A stretch of 64,000 bases of DNA from Octopus vulgaris (GCA_951406725.2 OX597830.1:31806001-31870000); one strand, 5' to 3'; positions 43,700 through 58,385 are shown, counted from the first letter of the stretch. The notes: generated by a model from the letters alone, not told the origin. Numbers and translations are program-made.

Positions 43700-43928
43700 C
43701 TCTTTTACTGTGGTAATTCTGGAGCACTGCCTTGAAGAATTTTTAGCAGAATGAATCGATCCCACTACATAATATTTTCTAAGCCTGGCACATATTCTAT
43801 TGGCCTCTTTTGCTGAACCACTAAGTTACAGGGATGTAAACACCCAAACACCACAACACCCTAACACTGGTTGTCAAATAGTGATGATGGACAAACAGAC
43901 ACCAAGACACACACATAGATGTATGCAT

Positions 43929-44019
<91 letters not shown>

Positions 44020-44175
44020 TATTATATGTATGACGGGCTTCTATTTTCTCTGTACCAAAGCCACCCTCAAGACTTTGGACAGCCCAAGACTATAGAATAA
44101 GACATTTGCCCAAGGTGCTACACCGTGGAACTGAACCTGGAACCATGTTAGAAAGCGAGCTTCTTACCATACGGT
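43700..44175 (-). mobile_element. Diverged SINE family A copy
   Basis: ctggagcactgccttgaag..ctaagttacagggatgtaaacac..gacatttgcccaaggtg..ggaaccatg. Confidence 0.7.
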
Positions 44176-44226
44176 CATATGCTAGGTTAATGCAGATACC
44201 ATTTATAAATTTCAATTTTCCCCCAA

Positions 44227-44294
<68 letters not shown>

Positions 44295-44649
44295 GTATGT
44301 GTGCATCTGTACATATGTATGTGTCTGTGATCACACACATACAGTCTAAAACACACACACACACATGTGAATATCCTTATATGTGTTGATGTATATGAAT
44401 ATATACATTACATATACAGATGTATGCAAATGTGTGTATTCATATTTATATGTGTGTGTGCCTGTCTGTGTATGTATGTGGATTGTGGGTGTGATTTGGA
44501 AGTCATAAACTGTCAATTCTAAGAATGGCTGCCGATTAATTTTGAGTTGTTTTGGTAAGATTTTACATCTGATACCATTTTACTGCCTCTTTCCAATTTC
44601 TACTCTGACATTTGCAATAATATCAGAAAGGTACTCATTGCATGCCTCT

Positions 44650-44709
<60 letters not shown>

Positions 44710-44814
44710 CAAGTATATACATATGTATACATATATATATATGCATGCATTTGTATGTACATACATATATATATATAAATATATATATATATATTCACAC
44801 AAACATATATATAC

Positions 44815-44873
<59 letters not shown>

Positions 44874-44893
44874 TGTCTGTATATATGTATGCA

Positions 44894-44924
<31 letters not shown>

Positions 44925-45094
44925 CTACAGAGAAAGTGAGAGAGAGATGTTTGTGTGTATATATATGTGTGTGTCTGTATACACATATATGTGTGTGTAT
45001 GTGTGTATATATATATAAATACATATGTGTGTGTGTGTATGTATATATATATATATATACATATATATGTATATATACATACATATATATGTGA

Positions 45095-45174
<80 letters not shown>

Positions 45175-45199
45175 GTATATATATATATACATATGTATA

Positions 45200-45253
<54 letters not shown>

Positions 45254-45699
45254 TGTATATGTGTATGTGTGTGTGTGAGAGAGAGAGAGTTTGTGATGGA
45301 CCCTGTTATTAAGAGCTATGTATATGCACTCACTAAAACAGGGTCAAGAATAATTCATAAAAGTTCATAAAAACTAAATGAAAATAAAATAGAATTGATA
45401 AACTGTTGATAAAATCTGATAAAATATGACAAAATTGAGAGAAATTAGGTAAAAATTGATAAAATTAATAAAAACAAATCACACTAAATTATAACAGCTG
45501 ACAGACCCTTTAATGAAGAAAGGGCTTATGTCTAGACTTAACCAGTTCAGTTAAATGTATTACATTTTATCTTTTTGTTTTTTGTATCAGCATCACTGCT
45601 CGATTTTTAGGTGTTTTTAGCATTTTTTTGTGTTTTTAATATTTCTTTTTGATTTTGCTACAGTCAGCAAGACTAACCTCGGACCTACAGCAGAGATGA

Positions 45700-46463
45700 C
45701 AGGTTCAAAAGACTTGTTTCTAGTAACCGTGGCCTATGCCAGTGCAGCATAACTGGCCCATTTAAGAGTACCCTACAATTATTATTGGGCAACGAACTGT
45801 GCTTGCGAAGACCTGTTGAGTCAAGTGAAGTATTGTTGTGGCTGATGCCAGTACTGCCTGACTGGCACCCATGCCGGTGGCACATAAAAAGCACCATTCG
45901 AACATGGTCATTGCTAGTGTCACTTAACTGGCTCCTGTACCAGAGGCGTGTAAAAAAGCAACATTTGATTGTATGGTTGTTGCCAGTGTCGCCTGACTGG
46001 GTCCCGTGCTGGTGACATGTAAAAAAGCACTATTCGAGCGTGGTCAATGCCAGTGCTGCCTGACTGACTCCCGTACTTGTGGCACATAAAAAAGCACTAT
46101 TCGAGTGTGGTCAATGCCAGTGCCGCCTGACTGGCTCCAGTGCTGGTGGCACATAAAAAAACACCATTCGAGTGTGGTCAATGCCAGTGCTGCCTGACTG
46201 GCTCCCATGCTGGTGGCCTGTAAAAAGCACCATTTGAGCATGGTCATTGCCAGTGCCACCTGACTGACCCTCATGCCGGTGGCATGTAAAATGCACCCAC
46301 TACACTCTCAGAGTGTTTGGCATTAGGAAGGTCATCCAGCTGTAGAAACCTTGCCAGATCGGATTGGAGCCTGTTGCAGCCATCTGGTTCGCCAGCCCTC
46401 AGTCAAAATCGTCCAACCCATGCTAGCATGGAAAGCGGACGTTAAACGATGATGATGATGATG
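45700..46463 (+). mobile_element. SINE family R copy with a 7 x ~67-bp internal tandem array
   Basis: Units start near 45845, 45911, 45978, 46046, 46113, 46180 and 46246; ends ggaaagcggacgttaaac(gat)n. Confidence 0.85.
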
Positions 46464-46896
46464 ACAGACTGTATGATGTGATTCTTTGCTTTGGGGTAGA
46501 GTGTAGTCTTCTACTCTAGTGCCCCTTTCCTCAAAACTATTTGACTTATAACAGCACTCATAGTTTTTGCAAGTGAGCGTTAAAAGCTCCTAAGACTAAA
46601 TTGTGGATTAAATTCACTTTCAGTTGCTTTAAATTTTCTTTGACCCTTCTCATACAAACCCACACATGGTTCTATGATACGAACCTCTTATTGTAAAGTT
46701 ATCTAAATTAGAACCTTCTATCAAAATTTCATGCTAATTTATGTTCCAAACACTGACTTAATAAAGACAAAGTTATTTCGGTAAATTCTTTGTTATTTTT
46801 CAAAACGAATAGGAGCAGAAATGTTGTAGTTCAACAGAAATATGGTAATGCATGGGGCTACTCTTGAATCTGCAGAGCAGCAAGTGTTTCCCAACA

Positions 46897-46897
<1 letters not shown>

Positions 46898-46928
<31 letters not shown>

Positions 46929-47165
46929 TCGTCATCACAAACATCATCATCATCATTGTCGTCACCATCATTGTCATCGCCATCATCATCATCATCATTG
47001 TCACCATCACCATCATCATCATCATCATCATCAATGTCCCATCATCATCATCATCATCGTCATCATCATCGTCATCATTGTCATCATCATCATCATCGTC
47101 GTCATTATCATCATCATCATCATCATCGCTGTCATTAACATCATCATCGTCATCATCATTATCAT
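46898..47165. repeat. Degenerate (CAT)n tract
   Basis: Direct reading. Confidence 0.9.
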
Positions 47166-48590
47166 GCATACATGCATACATTTATATACACTATGTCTAT
47201 GTGTGTGTGTGTGTGTGTGTGTGTTTAAACAGATACAGTGATAAAGAGATGTAAATCTCAAAAAAATAACGAGAAAGGATATGAGACGATGACAAGGTGA
47301 ACAAACAAATGAGATGGGGAATCAGACAAGTAAAAGCATGAGATTGAAAAGTGTAGAAATATAAAGTGGAGCAGTAACATTCAAAGCAGTGAATCATGAA
47401 AATGAATATGCTGAAGGAAAAAACAGGAGTGAAATGGAACCCTCTTAAACATTACATTCTCTTTTGTTTCTTCATTTGATGTATTTATCTTCTTCGTAAA
47501 CTTCTTTGTTTCTTCTATTTCCACTTTATATTTCTACACTTTTTAGTCATGTGCTTTTCCCTTGTCTAACTCTATGTATTCTTTGTTTATTGCTGCTGGG
47601 TGACTTTCATCTGCTGCTGAAGTATGTTTGTATTTTTTAACACTATATATCTATAAGAGATGTATCTTGAGACAAATAACAGCATTCAGAATGCGTTTAA
47701 CACTATATTTGCCTTAAGTATGAAAAACAGATCACTAATTTGAACTAATACTATTTCGATTGATAATGGCAAATTTATATACAGCTAGTCACCTGAATCC
47801 AAAATCGATGGGTTTTCAATCATCATTTCACCTTATCATCCAGTGGAAGATATTCACTTAGCATGCAGTACCAGTAGATACTTGCGACTCATAAAGCACA
47901 AAAAAAGCTAAAATCTAGATTCAGTTGTGTCACCAGTGTCATTGGAAGAGTTTCCCTGATATAATGTATTTCTGTGTTTTCTAACACTATATATCAAAAA
48001 AAAAAAAGCAATTCTGCCAGAGATATGACAACAGAAACAATGTAAATATTTTGAGTTCCATTATTGATGTGACTATGTTAAAGAAGTGGTTTTATCCTTT
48101 ATGTTTGAAGTCTATGCTGGCATCCGATGAGAACGGTTTCTTTCAAACGATGTAAGGTTTTCATTAATCAATTGAAGAAGTCGCTTAAAGCAGCCATAAT
48201 CAATTGACACCTGTACATCCTCATTACTCATTTCTATTTTATTCATCTACATCGGAATCTGCACTTTGGAAATACTACAGAAAGTATTTTTATATAAAGT
48301 ACATGTCTGAACAACCAAGAGTGGATCTCTTCACTCAGCTGGGTTGCGTTGTCTGCACACTGGGCAGGAATATAAGGTGCAAATACTCCTGCTGAGTTTT
48401 GATATTCAATATTCAATTAATATTGTTTGGATGTGAGGATTATACTCACCTAACAAGATGCCTCAATTTAAGTACCTAATTCAACATAACCTTAATTATA
48501 TTTTATATATATGTATATATATATCTATATATATATATGCATATATATACATATATATGTGTGTGTGTGTATATGTATGTATATATATAC

Positions 48591-48651
<61 letters not shown>

Positions 48652-48780
48652 CATACACATATAAACATGTATATACGTATATGTATATGTATATACACAC
48701 ATTTATAAATACTGACATTCATACATGTATTTATATATAGACATATATATTGATAGACAGATAGATAGATACTTACACAC

Positions 48781-48830
<50 letters not shown>

Positions 48831-48877
48831 ATGTATATATACATGTTTGTATGTCTGTATTTATGTATGTATATATA

Positions 48878-48908
<31 letters not shown>

Positions 48909-49179
48909 ATATATGTATGTATGTATGTATGTATGCATATATGTATACACACAGACACACATACACCTACATACTGTTTTCATTCCTGTGGTGAGCTGGT
49001 TGTGGAATGATTATAGAGTGATGGGGTGGTGATGCAGGGTGAGGGCAAGCTGGTCGACTGACTCATGCCACAAATATCAGAGAGAATCAACAGAGGTAAT
49101 TAAAAACTTGGGTAGATTGGAGGAATATTACCTGGGTATATGCTGGATACTATGTTTTGCTTGATTATTTTTTCCTACC

Positions 49180-49670
49180 TGTTTGGAGAGGGAAAAGGAG
49201 GTGAGAAAAGGAGGACAGAGAGTGGGAGAAAGGGAGGCGATTGGAGGGGAAGGAAAGAGAGTGAGGGGAGGGGGATAAAAGGAAATATAGGGAGAGGGGG
49301 AAGAGGGGAGTATGGGAGGGGGAGAGGGGTGGAGAAAGAGGAAGTGAGGAAAGTGGGGAAGAGAGAGGGAGAGAAGAAGAAGAAAAGAAGAAGAAGAAAA
49401 GAAGAAGAAGAAAAAGAAGAAAAGAAGAAGAAAGGAAGAAGAAAAGAAGAAGAAGAAGAAGAAGAAGATGATGAACATAAAGAAGAGGATGAAGATAGGG
49501 AAGAAGGAGGAGGAGGAGGAGGAGGGAGAGGAGGAGGAGGAGGGAAAGGAGAAGGAAGAAGTGGAGGAGGGAAAGGAGAAGGAAGAGGTGGAGGACGAGG
49601 AGGAGGAGGAGGAGAAGAAGAAGAAAAAGAAGAAGAAGAAGAAGAAGAAGAAGAAGAAGAAGAAGAAGAT
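49180..49670. repeat. Polypurine (GA/GAA/GGA) low-complexity tract
   Basis: Direct reading. Confidence 0.9.
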
Positions 49671-49750
49671 GCCAGCTCCAGCTAGGATATGCAACCTTTA
49701 AGAGAATGAAATGAAAAGAATCACACACACACACATGCATATATACACAT

Positions 49751-49803
<53 letters not shown>

Positions 49804-50036
49804 TACACACACATGTATAAGTATACACATTATGAGAGAAAATTCTAAGCTATAGGTGGGATGTGGGTTCATTTCTTGATGCTATCAAAATATTGTTTTT
49901 GCTTCTTATTAAGTTCATGAAAATTTAGTGACAGATAAGAAACATATGTTAGATAAATCATATATCATGATTTACGTACATATGCACGCACATACATATA
50001 CATACACACATATATAAAACTATATATATATGTGAG

Positions 50037-50072
<36 letters not shown>

Positions 50073-50590
50073 TATTTTTATATATATATATATATATATA
50101 TAATAATGTAGGTAGGTGTTCTATTTTTCTATTTTTATATATTTTGAGAAAATTTTACTATTTTGTTTTATTTACGTCTTTATTTATTTTTCCGTATTAT
50201 TGGTGGCATTTCATGGATGTGGTACCTCATTAGTTTATTATACTTGTACAATATATAAAAATAAAAACAAAATAAAAAAAAAAAAAATTGGTATCTATTT
50301 CAATATTGGTGGTTTCTCTTTTTCCTTTTTTACCGATTTTCTTTCCTTTTTTCTTCCTTTTTTTTATTTTATTTGTGCATGAGAGTTTTTTTGTTAGTTT
50401 GTGTTTGTGTTTTTTTTTTGTTTTTTTTTAACATGTCACTTTCAGATTGCTTTTGTTGTATTATTCATCTTGCTTATTAAATTTTGACTTATTCTTGACT
50501 CCCATCTTGATTTATTTTTTTCCATTGCATCGTCTGACCCCATCACAAATACATTTGTAGGAGGCATTATTATTACTATTAATATTATTA

Positions 50591-50627
<37 letters not shown>

Positions 50628-50641
50628 CATTATTTTTATCA

Positions 50642-50679
<38 letters not shown>

Positions 50680-50739
50680 TTTATTATCATCATTATTATT
50701 ATTATTATCATCATTATTATTATTATCATTATTATTATT

Positions 50740-50883
50740 TTGTGGTTAAAAGTTTGCTTCCCAGCCACAAGGTTTCAGGTTCTGTTGTACTGAGTAGTAA
50801 CTTGGGCAAGTGTTTTCTGTTATAGTACTGGGTCAACCATAGCCTTGGGAGAAGATTTGGTTGGCAGAAACTGAAAGAATCCC

Positions 50884-50981
<98 letters not shown>

Positions 50982-51068
50982 TAGATATAGATATAGATAT
51001 AGATATATTTGAAAAAAGGTGGTGCTCTAGCATGGCCATAGTCAAATGATTGAAATGTGTAAAAGAGT
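50740..51068 (+). mobile_element. Diverged, deleted SINE family A copy
   Basis: cttgggcaagtgtttt..gaaactgaaagaa..ggtgctctagcatggcc. Confidence 0.7.
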
Positions 51069-51098
51069 AATATATATATATATATACACACATACATA

Positions 51099-51307
51099 CA
51101 GGGTGGCTCAAAAGTAGGTCCATAGTTATTCAGCTATCTCTTTCGTATCCTATATTAAAAGTTTAGATCTTAATTATAAAAAATATGAAACCCTTATTCT
51201 AAGCTAATTTAGTTAATTGTAAGATAGAAATATAAATGTAATAAAATGTTTGCAAAAAAATTAAAGTGCCAATGTGATAACTGAAAACCTACTTTTGGGT
51301 CACCCTG
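51099..51307. mobile_element. Tc1/mariner-type MITE (209 bp)
   Basis: TA-cagggtggctcaaaagtagg ... cctacttttgggtcaccctg-TA (18/20 inverted match). Confidence 0.85.
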
Positions 51308-51333
51308 TATTTATATAAATACATGCATTTATA

Positions 51334-51380
<47 letters not shown>

Positions 51381-51429
51381 ATATATATATATATATATAG
51401 CCAAAAAGGGTACAGGCGCCGCTATATAT

Positions 51430-52098
51430 ATATATATATGTATATGTAAAAAATACAAACTGGGACAAAAACGCAAAACATTTAGAAGACGATACAAAAA
51501 AACACAGATGGGACATTTGAAGCCTTCAATCTTCAGTCAAAGACCAGATCATCCTTGCAATTTTGGCTGATTAATCTTGAGATCGCTCCGATCCGGCCAG
51601 CCCCAAGGAAAAACTAAGCTACAAGCATTAGATTTCTTGGAAAAAGGATCGAATGTATACGAAACAAGGACAGAAAAACGGACGATGCCACACGAATATA
51701 AATACAAAAAACAATAATAGTAATAACAGGACAAAAACAGCGGGTGTCTTACGAACAAAATGCAATAATAGTAATAACAGGACAAAAACAGCGGGTGTCT
51801 TACGAACAAAAAGCAATAATAGTAATAACAGGACAAAAACAGCGGGTGTCTTACGAACAAAAAGCAATAATAGTAATAACAGGACAAAAACAGCGGGTGT
51901 CTTACGACTATAGACAGTATTGTTTTTTGTATTTATATTCGTATGGCCCGATCGGAGCGATCTCAAGATTAATCAGCCGAAATTGCAAGGATGATCTGGT
52001 TCTTGACTGAAGATTGAAGGCTTCGAATGTCCCGTCTGTGTTTTTTTGTATCATCTTCTAAATGTTTTGCGTTTTTTGTCCCAGTTTGTATTTTTTAC

Positions 52099-52110
<12 letters not shown>
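51430..52110. repeat. Foldback element with ~170-bp arms and an internal 4 x 51-bp tandem repeat
   Basis: Arms at 51430-51599 and 51944-52110; inner inverted pair at ~51691-51715 and ~51918-51942; units at 51712, 51763, 51814 and 51865. Confidence 0.9.
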
Positions 52111-52158
<48 letters not shown>

Positions 52159-52376
52159 ATAAGTATGTATATATATATATATGTATATTATTTATAATAT
52201 TTGCGAAGAAAAAGTCTGAAACCATTGGTCAAGGTGTTAGATGGTAAATGTTTTTATTTTTCATTCCCTTCGAAATTTTATCCCTAATAGTGGTTTGGAA
52301 TTTGACTGTTCTCTCTAGCATGCAAGGAGTCTATGATGGATGCTTCTTATGTGTTTAAACGTACACTGTATTGATA

Positions 52377-52413
<37 letters not shown>

Positions 52414-52425
52414 GTGATATTTATA

Positions 52426-52696
52426 TACTCTTTTGCTTGTTTCAGCCATTTGAATGTGGGCATGATGGAGCACTGCCATTAGTCGAACAAATCGACCCCA
52501 GGACTTATTCTTTGTAAGCTCAGTACTTATTCTAGCAGTCCCTTGTGCTGAACCGCTAATTTATGGGAACGTAAACACACCAACATCAGCTCTCAAGCGA
52601 TGGTAGGGGACTAACACAGACACACAAATGCATACATACATACATACAAACATACATACATACATACATACATACATACATACATACATACATACA

Positions 52697-52728
<32 letters not shown>

Positions 52729-52729
52729 C

Positions 52730-52778
<49 letters not shown>

Positions 52779-52941
52779 CAACGGGATTCTGTCAGTTTCC
52801 AGCTACCAAATTCACTCACAAGGTTTTGGTCAGCCCATGGCAATAGTAGAAGACACTTGCCCAAGGTTCCATGCAGTAGGACTGAACCCAGAACCATGTG
52901 GTCGGACAGCAAGCTTCTTACCACACAGCCACTCCTGCACC
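52426..52941 (-). mobile_element. SINE family A with expanded internal (CATA)n
   Basis: Full family A motifs. Confidence 0.85.
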
Positions 52942-53084
52942 TATTGTATATTATATACATAATATAAGATACATATATAATACAATATGTACTATATGTA
53001 TATAATAGATTATATTCTTTTATTTTTTTTTATACATTTCAGCCCTAAAGCTGTGGCTATGCTTGAGCAGTGCCAGTGTAAACA

Positions 53085-53832
53085 CCGTTTCAATGGCCAA
53101 TCTTATTGGCATTTGGTGAAGGAGGATGTTTGATACTGCTGCCCTCTGTTGGTTCATCTGGGACCTTTGATAGCAGGAAGTCAAGTTATTTTTTGAAAAT
53201 ATCAACCCTAACTCCATGAAAATCCCTCAGATGTTTTGGGAAGGTGCTAAATAGCTGAGGGCCCTTGAAACCCAAACTCTTGCAGTACATGGTCCTCTGT
53301 CAAGATGAGATAGCTGAGACTGTTTGACCAGTGCAGTGACGACTAGTTTGGTGCCATCCTCTCCAGAATCTTCTATTCATATATCACTGCATTTCTTTCT
53401 GGTCTTCACTCCAAGGAGTAGAGTCATAGCTTTTTCAGTCTCCCCAAGTAGCACAGCCATTCCACTGATGAAATCTTCCTGGTGTAGCACCACTGATGTG
53501 CCTCAAGTTCTGCTATCAATTTGATATTGTAAGGTGACCACAGCTGAGAGCAGTAGTCCAGACAGCTGAGTACAAATGTTCTCCATAAAACCAGCATAGT
53601 TTCCTAAACCCTTGATCTGAAGCTTTTCAGAATCCAGCAAGCCATTTGCCAGCACATTGCCACCATCTTGACAATATGTACCTGAAATGAGACATCGTTG
53701 TTCACATTAATACCCAAATCAAGCACTGTACAAGACTCTGGGATTGTTGTTCCTTTTGGTCTAAAATATCATTGTTGCAGTTTGTGAGCACCCCTTATCT
53801 GGTAGCAGAGAGCTTGGAATTTACCTGCTTTA
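53085..53832 (-). mobile_element. Decayed CR1/L2-group LINE, 3' region
   Basis: AGKFQAL..VLDLGI..WILKSFRSR..LWRTFVLSCLDYCSQLWSPY..RLKKL*LYSLE. Confidence 0.8.
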
Positions 53833-53845
53833 AATTAAATTTTGT

Positions 53846-54092
53846 GGAGGCACATGGCTTAGTGGTTAGGGTGTTGAACTCATGATTGTAAGGTTGTGGT
53901 TTCAATTCCTAGACCGGGCTATGCGTTGTATTCTTGAGCAAAACACTTCATTTTCATGTTACTTCAGTCCACTCAGCTGGCAAAAATGAGTAATCCTGCG
54001 ATGGACTGGCATCCCATCCAGGTGGGGAATTTCTATGCCATTGAAACCAGGAAACTGGCCCTTATAAGCCTGGCATTGCTCGAGAAGGAACA
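53846..54092 (+). mobile_element. SINE family C head with cctgcgatggactggcatcccatccagg tail
   Basis: ggaggcacatggcttagtggttaggg..ttcttgagcaaaacact..cagtccactcagctggcaaaaatga. Confidence 0.8.
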
Positions 54093-54965
54093 TTTAAAAA
54101 AAAAATTGAATGATGTTTTCTTCAGCCCATTTATATGTATATATGTATATTTACATGTTGCTTACCTTCAAATTGGACTATATCTAAGTTCTGAACTTAA
54201 TCACTAATTAAGCTTAAATCAAAACAAAAGACATGAAAAAGTAACAAAAACGATTTACTTACGTGGATTATCTTCCCTAGAAATTATGTCATCACACTCC
54301 CTTGTTGAAGTTTTACATATGAGCAAAATTTTAAAAGGTAAAGCCAGGTGTAACCTCACCAACCAGTCTTACCTGAGCCATCTAAAATCATAAATCAAGA
54401 TGATCAAAGAATGCTTTCAACTGATGTATCTAATCAACAGCCTTAACTTTATTGTGAAAATTTAAAGCAAAATCTCTCCAAAGTCTCAGAAGACTTCTAA
54501 GAACTGATGCTTATCTTTGGCTTCATGGGATTATGGTAAATATTTCCTTGCATAAACGAAATACTTAAATCTTCATCCACCTGCATGAGCTACCTGTGGA
54601 TGTGACATAATAACAAACATTCATAGCAAAGAAGTAAAAAATTGTAGACAGAGTCAATGTGGGATATAGCTAAGGGATATGTGTGTGTGTGTGTGTATAT
54701 GTATATATGTATGTATGTATGCATGTATGTATGTATGTCTGTATGTATGTATGTATGTATGTATGTGTGTATGTATGCATGAATATATATATACACAATT
54801 ATAAATTTGGGTATACGAGATACCACCATGCTGAAAATAGCAGCCATGATCTGACTCTAAAACTACCTTAATTGTTCATATATCAACACGGTCAGCATGC
54901 TGACCACTTGATAAAATCGTTATTTCATTTTTAAATTAACGATCTCATCCTTATTTATATAAATT

Positions 54966-54996
<31 letters not shown>

Positions 54997-55038
54997 GTAT
55001 GTACATATACATGTATGTATGTATCTCTCTCACGCTGC

Positions 55039-55070
<32 letters not shown>

Positions 55071-55202
55071 ATATATATGTATATATGTATATATGTATAT
55101 ATATATAAACACACACATATATAAATGAATAAGTATATACATATATACATACAAGTATACATATATATATATATACATATGTATGTGTATATATACATAT
55201 AA

Positions 55203-55244
<42 letters not shown>

Positions 55245-56359
55245 TGTACAAATATATATGCATTTATATATACACATAACACTATCTCTTTCTCTCCCTC
55301 TCTCCCCTCTCTCTGCATGTATATGTGTGTGTATATGTATGTATATTACACGTGCATGTATGTATATATATATTTATATATATATATATACATATATATA
55401 TGTATGTATATATATGTTTGTGTATATATGTGTATATATGTATATTTATATGTGTGTGTATATATAAATATTTATATATACATATTGAAAGAGAGGGAGA
55501 GAGAGAAAGGGGATATAGAGAAGGAGAGAGAGAGAAAGGGGAAAGAGAGATCAAATTCTAAGTTAAGCATACATTTGACAGTCATGTCCAGGAAGGTAGG
55601 TTTATACTGACACATAAAAGTCAATGATGCATGATGTTCCAGTCAAATCACCTTATCCGCAAGTCACACTGACATGTCTCTTACTGTCTCTTACTCCCAT
55701 CACTCTGCTTTTCTTCTATATTTCTCTTCTATCTCTTTCTTATTCTGGTTTTTGTCCATCACTCTCCCTCTTCTACCAGTTACTTTTGGATATATGACTT
55801 TTATTCAATTACCTTACCAACAACCATCATGTAACTGCCTATGAACTCCACTACCTGTATATATATCTGTCAGTTTCTCTCTCTTTCTCTCTTGTATTAC
55901 CTTTACTCTGTCAATGCATTTCTCCTATCATTTTTGTCCCCCCACTGCTGTTACTCTTTCTTCTTTCACGTTTTTGCTCTAGTTCACTTTGTGTTGGGGA
56001 AAATAAGGAATGACAACCATGTGAGATTCTCTTCAACTTAATGGTGACAAGACAGTGAACAATTAAGCAGAAACATCGTAGAGTGGTGATCATTAGACAT
56101 ATTTGAAACTAGGGAACATGCCTAGATATGGTTCCATGATAAGATGCATCTAGTATACTCTGCAAAATAGTTGGATCCAAAAATTCCATTGTTTAGGTGA
56201 GACGTGATTCCCAGCTTGTCTAGGAGAGCAGGGACTTGTAGTTAGATCCCATTCAGATAGTAATACTACATCCAAATTATTCCAGTGTTGAGAAAAGGAC
56301 ACAAAATTATTATTATTATCTTTGCCTTGCACAGCTTCTAATGCTGGAGATATACTACT

Positions 56360-56615
56360 GTATCAGCTGTTCATTACCAGTGAACTAAGGTAACACCTCT
56401 TATTTTTTGAGGACCTTCGGGATACTCGAGTGGTTCCAAGCAGTGCTGTTTTCTGCAAGTGCTCCACCCTTATCACAGCCCCTATTTGTTCCATGTACTT
56501 CTTGAGATTTTTGCTCACTATTCTCAGGGCTCCAACAGTTATTGGTACTACTGCTACCTTTTTCATCGACCACAATTGCTTAACCTCCCAAGCTAACCTG
56601 TCATATCTCTTATTT
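56360..56615 (-). mobile_element. R4/Dong 3' end fragment
   Basis: LWSMKKVAVVPITVGAL..LQKTALLGT. Confidence 0.75.
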
Positions 56616-58342
56616 GTAACTGTAAGTTATCAGTTTTACTACTCAGAATAATTTATCCAGTAGTTTTGAGACTTTCATTCCTATATTTCCTCATTCCATT
56701 GTCAACTCATACCAATGTTGCTTTACCTGATTACCTGTAGTTCAATACAAAAATGATGACCAGCCACATTTCTGTATTGTCTCTAGTGTTCCTAACTTGT
56801 ACTTGTACTTGTCTGTCCCTTTTAGTGGGGCACAAGTGTATGCATCGAGGTATAGCCAGTTTTTTCAGTTTGATGTTTTGGCTGAGCTTTTGTTCTTGAA
56901 AGTGCAGCTGACAGTACCATAAGACTTTCTTCTTTTGACCAAGAGAATTTCTTCTGAAATTTCCTTCTATTGCTGTTCTGATGGTTATTGGAAAAAGCTG
57001 TCATCTTTTTTAAAACTGGGGTGCATTAATTTTTTCTTCGTTGTCTTGTTTTACAAAATTCTCCCAATTAATTTTTTCCGGTAACAGTGTTAATTCCAAA
57101 CATTTTGCTTGTGTCATGACTAACAGAAAACTATCTTAGCACAGTTACTACATAGGTGGTTTAGTTTGTTTGTCTTCTCATAAATGTTGATGATGCTATT
57201 ATCATTATTTTAAAATTATTTGTCAGACTGTTCGAAATATTTTTTCTGTTATTAGTCATTCATTAAAATGTTCATTATTTTCGTTTTGTACATTCTATAG
57301 TGCAATTCGTTTTTGTGTTCTATTTTTCATTTTATGTATTATACTTTGCTTTAAATGGTGGGTGTGTTTGGTGGATATATTGGTTGTAAATTTGAATGTG
57401 CAAGCACATATAAGAAATTATGTAAAAACAAATATTTTTTGCCTACCCGGGGTAGCAGAGGAAGGTCATTCTCATATTACTTTTTGGCAAGTACTCCAAA
57501 GAAATTTTCGAACAATAATATAAAGTTTTGCTGGAAAATCATACACATCTACCTGGAATCAAGCAGAACGTGCACATAGTGGCCCATCGAATATTTATTT
57601 GTGGAATTTTATTTACACATTCCACCTCTGTCATCAAGGCCGTTCTTAGCTCTGACAATGCCGACTTTGCGTTCTATGTCAGAGGAATGGTCGAGCAAAA
57701 TTTTTGCCGCTGGCACATTGGTTGAGATGCATTTTCTCATTGCCACTTTTAATCTGCTCAGTTCTCCCCTCCAAATCTAATCTATTGTTTTGTATCGCTA
57801 ATTCTTTGCTATATTCCATCGATTATAATGTCTCTCTCTCTCTCTCTCAGTATGTATAGGAATATGTGTTTATATATATATATATATATATGTGTGTGTG
57901 GGGTGTGTGAGTGTGTGTTTGTGTGTATGCATGTGCAAATGGATGTGTGTACTTGTGTGTGCATGCAGGCATGCATGTCCATACGTGTGTGTGTGTGTGA
58001 TTATTTATGATGTTCATCTATTAAAAGCCAAAGCAATTATTAAAAGATTTTTGCCTCATCTCATCAAATGTAACTGTAGAAAATTTCTCTGTGTTTTTGT
58101 TCTTAAACAATGCCTTCTTCTCAGCATTGTCTGCTTTGTTCTAGAACAAAGAGTTTGGCAATAAGACTTGCAGGTTATATGGAAAGGCCATCAAAATTCC
58201 AGTGGAAGTGAGGAATACTTGAGGAAGTAGTATCGGATTTTTTCTCCTTCCCTACCCTCTCTCCCCACCCTCTTTCTATCAATCTTTTCTCTCTCTCTCT
58301 CTTTCTGTCTTTCTTTACAATTATATATATATATATCTATCT

Positions 58343-58385
<43 letters not shown>

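Noticed and set aside
46640-46862. Possible old TTAA-type MITE
   Set aside because: Termini are too degenerate and no TSD could be confirmed.
48120-48205. Hammerhead-like fragments ccgatga.. and ttgaagaagtcgc..
   Set aside because: No GAAA in the correct position and no consistent stems.
49140-49685. RGG/acidic 181-aa ORF resembling nucleolin-like proteins
   Set aside because: It is a polypurine microsatellite mosaic, open in multiple frames, with no folded domain.
51712-51907. CRISPR-like appearance of regular repeats (also 10352-10578 and 45845-46290)
   Set aside because: Units are contiguous tandem copies without unique spacers; the context is eukaryotic and no cas genes are present.
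56620-57030. Possible N-terminus of a Dong ORF (KFSWSKEESLMV)
   Set aside because: The similarity is too short and degenerate to support.
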